From Candidatus Latescibacterota bacterium (lineage in GTDB: Bacteria; Latescibacterota; UBA2968; GCA-2709665), in contig CBDDDZ010000005.1 in the NCBI GenBank assembly GCA_965226795.1, positions 2,592,001 to 2,656,000 of the forward strand: a DNA stretch of 64,000 nucleotides, in the 5' to 3' direction. The stretch's first letter is position 1, and every line of letters begins with the position of its first letter. The position numbers and the translations under genes are program-made. The notes under the pieces were generated by a model that was not told the DNA's origin, did no database searches, and saw only the letters and a list, made by a program, of their open reading frames with translations. This document shows, piece by piece, positions 19,447 through 27,861 of the stretch.

Positions 19447-21717
19447 CTACTGTCGAATATCGAAATTGATGGCCGCCCTGCCCGTTTGCCCGCTGTTTTC
19501 GTCGGTAACAGTAATCTTCAACAACTGCATCCCCGGTTCGGTCGCTCCCATATCCAGTTCAAGGTAAGCCCGTTCGTCCGGCCGGGTTCCGATATGATCG
19601 TATTCGATGCTGATGACGTTGCCCTCCTCCCGCTTCCCGATCAATCGCCCCAGGCCGCCCAATACCCGTGCACCCACGTTTGTCCGACGCAAGGACCGTA
19701 TCTGGTATGAAATGCGATATCGTGTGGCACCGAATTCATCACGCGTGAGGTTGTAAATTTCGTAATAGATAAACACCGGGTCGTCAGGGCGGTACGCTTT
19801 GGACGCCATAGGGATCACCTCGATATCGCCCTTTACAAATCGCCCCCGCTCCGCCACGTCGATTCGGGCGCCCATTTCCACGTCGCTCAACATCAATGCC
19901 GCCTCCGGATACGCCTTCAAGATGCGATCTTCCCTGTAAATTTGAGTCCTGCCTGAATTGCGGTCCATCACCTGCACATCCACCCGGTAGGTACCCGGAG
20001 GCAACACGACGCGATCTATCGCCGGAATGAACGCCCCGGCCGACGTATCCACCACGCCCGAAGCACGCAGGACCATTTCATCGTCGGTTCGGTACACGGG
20101 CTTATTCTCGTCGTCGTAGACCGCGACGCCCCGGACAAGGTGCGCCAACCGTCCGAGGTCACCGTCACGATACGTTAAATCGCGAGTTGGAATCCCGTAA
20201 TAGACCTCCATCGCCGTCTTCTCGTCGTCACCCCGAAAGGAGGCCGTATAGAAAAAAAAGTCCAACGGTCCCGTGGCAAATGTCGGACGATAGGCAGTCG
20301 GCTGCCGGGCCGCCTGATTGAGCATCACGGTTTTCGGGTTCATTCTTTGCCAGATTTGTGTGATTCGCCCGGTGCCCAAAGGCATTCTCGCGAACTCGTA
20401 CGGACCGGGAAAATTCGGCTGCACAAAGGTCAATTCGATACCCTGCCCCACGTGGGTATATATCCAGTATTCCCAAATCCCTCCCACAGGGTAGACCGGC
20501 CGACCCAGAATGGACGACTGGGCCACCTGTCCCAGGGATCGGACTTCGTCCTTCATAAGCTTCGCCGCGGCAGCCCCTGCCGCCGAAATCAGGCGATCCT
20601 TGACCGCCAGCACCCGCCGGTCCGTCTCGAACCGCACATCGCCGGACCGGCTGACATGATCCGGATCCCCGAAGCGCACGTAGACTTCCCCACGGTCGTC
20701 CCACGGGAATTTGTGCTTTCCGTGATTCTCCCTTGCCGTGGCCACGCGTCGATAATGCTCTACCATCCGCTCATTGGCGGCCGATGCCGGCGCCGGATCC
20801 TGCCAGACCCAGAATTCCTCGGCCGCGGCTTTCAGCTCCTCCAACGATTTGGTATCGGAATCATCCGCGGTATGGGTTACGAGACTCAAATCGTAGTAGA
20901 TCCGCTGTTTCTCAGGTTCCAGGCGGTCAATATAGGCGTCGTACAACGCCTGCGACCGGTCGTAATCCCGACGCCGCTGATGGATATCCGCCAGTTCCAG
21001 CACCGCCCGCCGCTGGTGCGGGTTCCGGTTCTGGACCACCGCCTTCAATTCAGCTATCGCCTGGTCGGTTCGATCCTGCAGTTTCAGAACAACCCCCAGC
21101 CGCAACCGCGCCTCGTAGTGATGTGGATTCGCCGAAATCTGATTCAGGTAGGCCTGTTCGGCCTTCCCGTATTCTCCCTTCGTTTCTTCAATCGCGCCAA
21201 CCTGGAACAACGCATCGGGATGGTCAGGGTCCATCTTGACCACCTTGTGGTAGGCTCTGAGCGTTTCGCTACTGCCGAACTGCCGGTAGGTCTCAGCCAG
21301 ATTGTACTGCGCCTCGACATACGCCTTATCCGCCCGCAGCGCGTTCCGAAACGCATCAATCGCCTGACGAAGCCCTTTGGGTCGGTTCCGGAAGACGAAA
21401 CCCAGGCCGTTAAAGGCGGACGCATACCGCTTTCTTTTGCGAAGCGCCTGCCGGAACAGCGCTTCCGCCGCATCCAGATCGCCCCGCTCGAGATGGATGT
21501 GCCCGAGACCCACATAGGACGGCGCGTGTCTGTCGTAAGCGTTAATGGCCGATTGAAACGATTCGGCCGCCTGCTCGGATGCACCCTCAGCCACCTGCGC
21601 GATCGCCCGATTGTAAAGCGCCTCAGCCCTGGCCCGGGCATCGTTGCCTTCGTCTCGCGCGTGTGCCGCTGCCACCAGCGCAAACACCGTGCAGAACAAC
21701 AGGGGCAACCGCCTCAT
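19447..21717 (-). CDS. Exported TPR + GWxTD-domain protein
   Basis: Signal peptide MRRLPLL, TPRs, FW..DP.P..NER..EHYRR, PWDDRGEVYVRFGDPD, beta-rich C-terminus. Confidence 0.82.
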   Translation of the reverse strand: MRRLPLLFCTVFALVAAAHARDEGNDARARAEALYNRAIAQVAEGASEQAAESFQSAINAYDRHAPSYVGLGHIHLERGDLDAAEALFRQALRKRKRYASAFNGLGFVFRNRPKGLRQAIDAFRNALRADKAYVEAQYNLAETYRQFGSSETLRAYHKVVKMDPDHPDALFQVGAIEETKGEYGKAEQAYLNQISANPHHYEARLRLGVVLKLQDRTDQAIAELKAVVQNRNPHQRRAVLELADIHQRRRDYDRSQALYDAYIDRLEPEKQRIYYDLSLVTHTADDSDTKSLEELKAAAEEFWVWQDPAPASAANERMVEHYRRVATARENHGKHKFPWDDRGEVYVRFGDPDHVSRSGDVRFETDRRVLAVKDRLISAAGAAAAKLMKDEVRSLGQVAQSSILGRPVYPVGGIWEYWIYTHVGQGIELTFVQPNFPGPYEFARMPLGTGRITQIWQRMNPKTVMLNQAARQPTAYRPTFATGPLDFFFYTASFRGDDEKTAMEVYYGIPTRDLTYRDGDLGRLAHLVRGVAVYDDENKPVYRTDDEMVLRASGVVDTSAGAFIPAIDRVVLPPGTYRVDVQVMDRNSGRTQIYREDRILKAYPEAALMLSDVEMGARIDVAERGRFVKGDIEVIPMASKAYRPDDPVFIYYEIYNLTRDEFGATRYRISYQIRSLRRTNVGARVLGGLGRLIGKREEGNVISIEYDHIGTRPDERAYLELDMGATEPGMQLLKITVTDENSGQTGRAAINFDIRQ

Positions 21718-21941
21718 TACCTGCCTCCCCTGTGGAATGATACATGTACCGACAGATTTGTCCAAATCGGTGTCTATCCGGACGTATTGAGTACGCCCGG
21801 ATAGACACCGAACGTGGCGGTTCATTTGGCAAGGCGCGCGGTCTGTCGTTTGTGCATTGCGGCCGACGCCATATACCTCCGCCACCGCGTGCTAATGATA
21901 CAAAAAACCCCTGAAAAACACAAGCTCGGCCTGGCGACAGA

Positions 21942-22907
21942 TCACATGACGTCGCCACGTTCCAGACGCTCGTACAGGGGCCAATAATCCCGTACCCAGG
22001 TCAATGCCCGATCGTTTGACCGGTCGATGTACGCGATTCGCATCCACAGCGTCAACCCCCTCAAACCCGCCAGCCGCAGCGCGTCCGGAAGCAGGACCCT
22101 CTCCATGCGGGTCAGTGCCGCCTCGTCGTCGTACGCACGCAAAAAAGCGGCCATTTCCTCCTTCGTGAGCGGGCTGTCCGTAACCACCGCCTGAAAAAAC
22201 GTCAGCGCGTAAGCCACATCCCACAGCCGCGTGGCATGACATGCGGTATCCAGGTCCAGAACAGCGGCCACCTTCCCTCCGCGAAAGAGCAGGTTCTGCG
22301 CACGGTAGTCTCCGTGGATAACCGTGCGTGGCAATTCCGCCCATTCCCGCCCACCCGCGCTACCACGCAAGACACGACGAAAACGCTTCAATTCGGGGAC
22401 AACATCACCCGACTCATCCAGCGCGCCCCACGCCTGCTCCACTTCCCGCAAAACGCTCTCATAAACGGACCCACGGGTCTGCCCCATGGGAATCGACATT
22501 GCAGAACCAACCGTATGGATTCTCCCCAATACCGCGCCCGCCTGTTCAATCTGCGTGGTTTCGCCGGGCACAAAGGCCTCACCTTGGACGAAAGCCCAAA
22601 GCTGAAAGAGATTCTCACCTTCGGCGACCACCGCCATCCCATCAGTTGCCGGAATCAGTTCCGCCACGGGGATTCCCGAATCGCGCAGCCGATTGCCCAG
22701 CTGCGCTCCGAATGCAATCTGGTCGGATGCCACCAGGTCACTGTCGAACACTTTCAGCAGATATACCTCAGTGTCTCTCGTCATCCTGACCGTCGTACTC
22801 ATCATTCCGAACCGAACGCGATCCACCAGAACACGCAGACCGTACCGATGAAACACCATTTCCACGATCTGTTCCAGAGGCATCCGCAGGCTACTCCGGT
22901 ACGTCAC
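21942..22907 (-). CDS. Phosphotransferase (homoserine kinase type II / APH family)
   Basis: LLKVF, IHGDYRAQNLLF, VLDLD; GTG start at 22907 preceded by AAGGAG. Confidence 0.8.
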   Translation of the reverse strand: MTYRSSLRMPLEQIVEMVFHRYGLRVLVDRVRFGMMSTTVRMTRDTEVYLLKVFDSDLVASDQIAFGAQLGNRLRDSGIPVAELIPATDGMAVVAEGENLFQLWAFVQGEAFVPGETTQIEQAGAVLGRIHTVGSAMSIPMGQTRGSVYESVLREVEQAWGALDESGDVVPELKRFRRVLRGSAGGREWAELPRTVIHGDYRAQNLLFRGGKVAAVLDLDTACHATRLWDVAYALTFFQAVVTDSPLTKEEMAAFLRAYDDEAALTRMERVLLPDALRLAGLRGLTLWMRIAYIDRSNDRALTWVRDYWPLYERLERGDVM

Positions 22908-23823
22908 GGCCGTCTCCTTCGGGTATGCGAAGCCCGCGATCGTTTCCAGATGCATTTCCAGGTACCTCAGAAACGCCGCAGCGGCACGTGATAGATGTCC
23001 GCCTTCGCGGCGCACCATACCCACCTGACGGGCCGGATAGCCCCGTCACTCGAAGCGCCGTCAGCCTGCCCGATCTCACTTCGTCCCGAACCGCCACTTC
23101 GGGCACAATTGCAATTCCCAGGCCGATCTCAACGAAGCGCTTGATCACTTCAATGCTGCCCAACTCCATCGTGACGTGCGGTTGTAACCCCGCCTCGGCG
23201 AACATCCGATCCATCAATGCTCTGCTTGTACTTCCCCTCTCGAGCATCAACATCGCACGGTCGCTCAGCGAATACAGATCGACCGTTTCCGTGGGGGCCA
23301 GGGGATGCGCGGGACTGCAGATGGCTACGTCTTCTCTGGTAAAAAAAGGCCTGGTCCTCACCCTGTGTTCGGTTACCGGCAGCGTCGCCAGCCCGAAATC
23401 CACCGCCCCCTCCAGCACCAGCCGCACCACCTCCGGAGACATCCGGTCGGTCAGGCGGATCTCGATTCCGGGATACGCCTGTCGAAACGCCTTTACCGCG
23501 GGAGGCAACGCATAGGCACAATTCGTATCGCTCGTTCCAATACTCAGTCGACCCGTTCGCAACTCGCCGAGGGCCGTCATGTCCTGCCGGATCTGCTCGG
23601 CCATCTCCAGAATGGCCTCGGCCCGCGCGAATAGAAACCGACCGGCCTCGGTCAATAGAATCTGCTTGCCGCGGCGTTCGAACAGGTCTTCGCCGAGTTC
23701 GTCTTCAAGTGCCTTCACCTGGAGACTCACCGCCGGCTGAGTCAGGAACAATTTCTCCGCTGCACGGGTGAAGCTCTTCTCGCGCGCCGTTTCCACAAAC
23801 CCCTTGAGCCGATCCAGATCCAT
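22891..23823 (-). CDS. LysR family transcriptional regulator (frameshift near 23035)
   Basis: HTH SFTRAAEKLFLTQPAVSLQVKALEDELG; substrate-binding domain; the canonical C-terminal tail lies in another frame. Confidence 0.9.
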   Translation of the reverse strand: MDLDRLKGFVETAREKSFTRAAEKLFLTQPAVSLQVKALEDELGEDLFERRGKQILLTEAGRFLFARAEAILEMAEQIRQDMTALGELRTGRLSIGTSDTNCAYALPPAVKAFRQAYPGIEIRLTDRMSPEVVRLVLEGAVDFGLATLPVTEHRVRTRPFFTREDVAICSPAHPLAPTETVDLYSLSDRAMLMLERGSTSRALMDRMFAEAGLQPHVTMELGSIEVIKRFVEIGLGIAIVPEVAVRDEVRSGRLTALRVTGLSGPSGGYGAPRRRTSITCRCGVSEVPGNASGNDRGLRIPEGDGRDVPE

Positions 23824-23910
23824 TTGTCGGTGCTCCGCTAACGCATTTGAGGCGCAGCGTTGTACCCGGACGCTATCTGTCGAAGCGATCGCGATATTTT
23901 TCAAAATATC

Positions 23911-23947
23911 ATAAAAATTCAATATAACAAAAATAAATTTTTATTAT
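23911..23947. promoter_or_regulatory. Two LysR-type ATA-N9-TAT boxes
   Basis: ATAAAAATTCAATAT (23911-23925) and ATAAATTTTTATTAT (23933-23947) in the AT-rich region upstream of LysR. Confidence 0.55.
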
Positions 23948-24144
23948 TTATCCTGAATAATTCAAGAAAAAGGTAGTTTCCTTACCCAAGTCATTGTATT
24001 ATATTATGGTTACGCAAATAACCTTACAACAATGAACTGGGGGAAACTACCGTGTATGTTCAAGATAAACATCACAGGATGTCTTTCGCAAGTCTTTCCG
24101 GCAAACAGGTGGAAGCCGCCTTCGATGGGGGCATTCTGACCAGC

Positions 24145-24174
24145 CTGCCTGTGCGTGTACGCACGCAGACAGGC
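24145..24174. repeat. Palindromic micro-insertion 1 (30 bp, in frame, LPVRVRTQTG)
   Basis: GC-CTGCCTGTGCGTGTACGCACGCAGACAG-GC; removal restores TSDSGVMLLRE. Confidence 0.85.
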
Positions 24175-24691
24175 GACAGCGGGGTAATGCTGCTGCGGGA
24201 GGTGGCGTCCAAAATCGGCATTTTGTGTCGGATCATTGAGGCCATAACAGATCGTCGGCATGCAAGTTACGTGGATCACCCGACGGCGGACCTGGTCAGT
24301 CAGCGTGTTTTTCAGATGGCGTGTGGGTATGAGGATGCGAACGACTGCAATGCGTTACGCGGGGACCCCGGCTTCAAGACGGCCTGTGATCGGTTGCCCG
24401 TCACCGGTGCGGATCTGGCCAGTCAACCCACGATGAGTCGGTTCGAGAACCGGATCACCAGAGGTGACTTATATCGGATCGCGAAGGCCTTTGCCGATGG
24501 GTTTATCGCCTCGTATAAGAAACCGCCCAAAGCCATCCTGCTGGATATCGATGACACGGAAGATAAGGTGTATGGGTCTGGGCAGTTGTCGTTATTCAAT
24601 GCGTATTTTAAGAGTTATTGCTACCAACCGTTGCATATCTATGAAGGGCAAACCGGCAAGTTGATCACGACGATTCTGCGTCCTGGCGTGC

Positions 24692-24710
24692 CTGCCTGCT
24701 GCAGGCAGGC
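24692..24710. repeat. Palindromic micro-insertion 2 (19 bp, frameshifting)
   Basis: GCCTGCCTGC-T-GCAGGCAGGC perfect inverted repeat; removal restores LRPGVRPSGKQIVSILKRVV. Confidence 0.85.
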
Positions 24711-25126
24711 GGCCTTCGGGCAAACAGATCGTTTCGATTCTCAAACGGGTGGTCGCCTACCTGCGTCGAGCCTGGCCCAATGTGGCGATCCTGTTGCGTG
24801 GCGATTCTCATTTTTCGTGTCCGGAAGTGCACGCGTTGTGTGACACACAGAATGTGTATTTTGCCCTTGGACAAAGCGGCAACGCTCTGCTGCTGCCCCT
24901 GGCGCAACCCTTGATGGACCAGGCCAAAGCGCTGTATGCCGTTTCCGGCAAAACCGTGCGCCTATATAACGCGTGGGACTATCAGGCCAGCACCTGGGCT
25001 TCGCCACGCCGCATCATCTGCAAGGCGGAAGTAACACCGCAAGGAGACAATATCCGTTTCGTGGCCACCAACCTGCAACGCGCCAACCCTTCATTCATCT
25101 ACAAAACCGTCTATTGTGGACGCGGC

Positions 25127-25147
25127 CTGTCTGCCGGCCAGGCAGGC
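25127..25147. repeat. Palindromic micro-insertion 3 (21 bp, in frame, LSAGQAG)
   Basis: GC-CTGTCTGCCGGCCAGGCAG-GC; removal restores YCGRGRMEGFIK. Confidence 0.85.
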
Positions 25148-25353
25148 AGGATGGAAGGCTTCATCAAGAATCACAAGACCTTTCTCCATTCCGATCGCAC
25201 CTCTTGTCACACCTTCGAGGCCAATCACTTCCGGCTCTTTCTCCACAGCGCCGCCTATGTCCTGTTGCAGACCTTGGCTGAAATGGGATTGCGCGGCACC
25301 AAGTGGACGAACGCCCAGTATAATACGCTGCAAAATCGCCTCTTGAAGGTCGC

Positions 25354-25383
25354 CTGCCTGCGCCGGATGCTCGGCAGGCAGGC
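25354..25383. repeat. Palindromic micro-insertion 4 (30 bp, in frame, CLRRMLGRQA)
   Basis: GC-CTGCCTGCGCCGGATGCTCGGCAGGCAG-GC; removal restores RLLKVAGRV. Confidence 0.85.
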
Positions 25384-25741
25384 CGGACGCGTCTGTGAGA
25401 TGAAAACCAAAATCACGTTCCATCTGCCAACGGCATTTCCACTCAAACACCTCTATGCCAAGATCCTCTACAATCTGGCAACGTCCGTACCATAACGCAT
25501 CGTCCGGTTAAATCCGCCTTCACGTCTTGATCGACACCACCAAAACACAGGGAGACCTCTGTGCTTTTGACCGCGACAACAAGGTCAACCTGACGCCCCC
25601 GCCCTACCGTGTTACCAGCACGTGCCACTGAAGCGGCTTGAAAACTCCAAATCCGGCACAGCCAGGTCTTTCCTTCCGTTTCTCGATTCACTCGGAACCT
25701 GTTTCTGCTTCCTGAAACTGCAATCCGTGACGATTCATGAA

Positions 25742-25770
25742 TTGATCAGGTTAACATGGTTCGCTATAAT
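25742..25770 (+). promoter_or_regulatory. Hybrid sigma70 promoter (-35 inside the IS right end, -10 chromosomal)
   Basis: TTGATC (25742-47, within the IR)-17 bp-TATAAT (25765-70). Confidence 0.65.
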
Positions 25771-25846
25771 ATTTCCGTTCCGCCCAACCTGGCAAGTCAG
25801 ATGTTTTCGCAGAATTAACCGACAATGCCCGACGTAGAGGTGTATT

Positions 25847-26863
25847 GTGTGCGCAACCCTTGTTGTGGACGCGCTTTGGGGCGATTCCGGAAAAGGAAAA
25901 ATCTCCGCTTATACCGCCCTCAAACAGGAAGCCGCCTTCTGTGTACGCGCAGGCACCGGCACCAATGCCGGTCACAGCATCTACTTTGAAGACGGCTCTG
26001 AAATTCGGACGCATCAACTGTGCTGCGGTTGGTTACATTCCCGAACGCAGCTTCGAATAGGAAGCGGAGTCGCGGTAGACCCTGAAATGTTCCTCCGTGA
26101 AATACACAGCTACAAACTCGCCTCACGTACCGGGGTGGATCTGCGCTGTCCTGTGATTACGCCCGAACATCGCGCGCGTGAGGCCCGGGACAGGCATCTT
26201 GCTGACACTTTGGGCAGTGTATGCAGCGGCAGCGGCAGCGGCGCCGCCAGAGCGGACTTTGTCCTGCGCCGCGCCAGGCAGGCCCGCGACATCCCGGAAC
26301 TTCAGGATTTCCTCACCGACGTACCACGAGAAATCAACACGGCCTGCACACAGGGACGGGCCGTTGTCATCGAATCCAGCCAGGGCACACACCTGTCTCT
26401 TGCACTAACCACGGACTATCCCTACTGTACTTCCGACAATTGCACCGCTGTTGCCGCGGCGGACGATGCAGGGCTGAACTGGCAGTTTATAAAGGAAGTC
26501 ATCCTGGTGGTCAAGGCCGTACCGAGTCGCGTGGGCCCGGGTCCGCTGCCGTTTGAAATGTCTGCGGGTGACCAGGATCGACGCGGTATCGTCGAATACG
26601 GTGTCACTACCGGGCGACGCCGCAGAAAAGCCCACCGGATCTCATGGCGGTACCTGGAAGAGGCGGTTATGCTCAATGGCCCCACCCAGATTGCCCTCAC
26701 TTTCTGCGACCACCTTGACCCGGATGTGAGGGGCGCCCGCGCCCGTGAGGCGCTCACGGAACCCGTGCTGAAACTGATTCACGACGTTAAAACCCACACA
26801 GGCGTACCGGTAACGATTGCAGAAACGGGCAGGTATTTCGGTGACATTGTGGACCTATCCTGA
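25847..26863 (+). CDS. purA: Adenylosuccinate synthetase, short (archaeal-like) divergent form
   Basis: WGDSGKGK, NAGH, QGT.LSL..YPYCTS, SRVGPGP, EYGVTTGRRRR, ALTFCD; 338 aa. Confidence 0.8.
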   Translation: MCATLVVDALWGDSGKGKISAYTALKQEAAFCVRAGTGTNAGHSIYFEDGSEIRTHQLCCGWLHSRTQLRIGSGVAVDPEMFLREIHSYKLASRTGVDLRCPVITPEHRAREARDRHLADTLGSVCSGSGSGAARADFVLRRARQARDIPELQDFLTDVPREINTACTQGRAVVIESSQGTHLSLALTTDYPYCTSDNCTAVAAADDAGLNWQFIKEVILVVKAVPSRVGPGPLPFEMSAGDQDRRGIVEYGVTTGRRRRKAHRISWRYLEEAVMLNGPTQIALTFCDHLDPDVRGARAREALTEPVLKLIHDVKTHTGVPVTIAETGRYFGDIVDLS

Positions 26864-26890
26864 CAACGGATCGATTGCACAGAAAACCGA

Positions 26891-26918
26891 GGGCGGATTT
26901 TCCAATGAAAATCCGCCC
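26891..26918. terminator. Terminator hairpin between convergent units
   Basis: GGGCGGATTTTC-CAAT-GAAAATCCGCCC, a perfect 12 bp stem. Confidence 0.7.
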
Positions 26919-27132
26919 ACCATAACCATCGGCGACCAACCTACCAATGCCAACTCTCTACCCACCTCCCTCGCAGGTCGAGTGGAAGAAGGATCGGCAG
27001 ACCCCGTAACGCGGCTGAGGCACTTGCCTTCCCGGCATTACAGGGTATTCGACGGGGCGCCATCCTCCGTTGATCGGAGTGGCGCCAGGTCCCCATCCGA
27101 ACAACATGACCCATACCCGCCACCGCGCCGCG

Positions 27133-27429
27133 CTAATTCCGTCTGTCACGCCCACTGCGGATTATTTCCAGCCATGCCGACTCATAGTCTAAGAGCGCGG
27201 TTCGCCAGGCATCACGGTCTCCAAGACCGCGTTGCAACTCCAGTGCCAGTGCATCGACGGTCTGCTCGGCTGCATCGACGGTTACCAGCCGTTTCGAATC
27301 CATTGCGTGCAAGGCGACGCCGTTGAGCTCGGTTTGTATACGTTCCACAACCCGTCGAAAGTCTTCGCTCAAGCACTTCACTGTGGATCCGCCGGTGATA
27401 TCCCTCTCCTGCACCGCATGGTCAGACAT
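27133..27429 (-). CDS. Small helical hypothetical protein
   Basis: 98 aa ORF with a strong AAGGAGGT RBS. Confidence 0.65.
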   Translation of the reverse strand: MSDHAVQERDITGGSTVKCLSEDFRRVVERIQTELNGVALHAMDSKRLVTVDAAEQTVDALALELQRGLGDRDAWRTALLDYESAWLEIIRSGRDRRN

Positions 27430-27861
27430 CTTGGACCTCCTTGCCTGGGCTCTACGCTCGCCTTTGCGACATCCCGTATATCGAAGATATACTAAACAAA
27501 TGTGCAGTTGTCAAGTCGTGTTATTATAAGAAAAATGACAGTCTTTGGACTATCTTCCAACGCATAGGCGGTGTTTTGGATATCAACTCCTCATTCAATG
27601 GCTGGCTACTGCCCGGCGCCCGAGTACTCTTGCGCTTCCGTGATTTGACTTTGCACGGGCTATGGTTCTCTCATATATTGGGTGTATCGGGCGACAGATG
27701 ATTCAACTTGAGGAAAAAAGAGCGTCTTTGCATTGGAGAGGGTATCGACGCCGGTTCTTCTGCACGCCCTGTCCTGGTTCAGCCGGATGACCGCTGGTCA
27801 GAAGTCAAATTTGAGTTCCTTGCGAGATATCGAAAACGCATTTCGTTTGCGGAGACAAGCT

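Larger units (their letters stand above)
24052..25495 (+). pseudogene. IS1380 transposase, frameshifted and carrying four palindromic micro-insertions
   Basis: FDGG..TS/DSG, GYEDAND, ASQPTMSRFEN, LDIDDT, LRPG, LRGDSHF, YCGRG/RME.FIK motifs; frame break at 24692-24710. Confidence 0.88.
23952..25750 (+). mobile_element. IS1380 family insertion sequence (1799 bp)
   Basis: Terminal IRs CCTGAATAATTCAAGAA / TTCATGAATTGATCAGG (14/17 match); flanks TTAT/TTAA (imperfect duplication); IS1380 transposase inside. Confidence 0.92.

Noticed and set aside
25847..26863. PurZ (2-aminoadenine pathway) assignment
   Set aside because: It keeps the PurA catalytic Asp (WGDSGKGK) where PurZ has Ser, and there is no phage context.
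26950..27050. HDV-like ribozyme suggested by ACCT-CCCTCGC-AGGT
   Set aside because: P1 and J4/2 elements could not be built convincingly, and G-U pairing favours the opposite strand.
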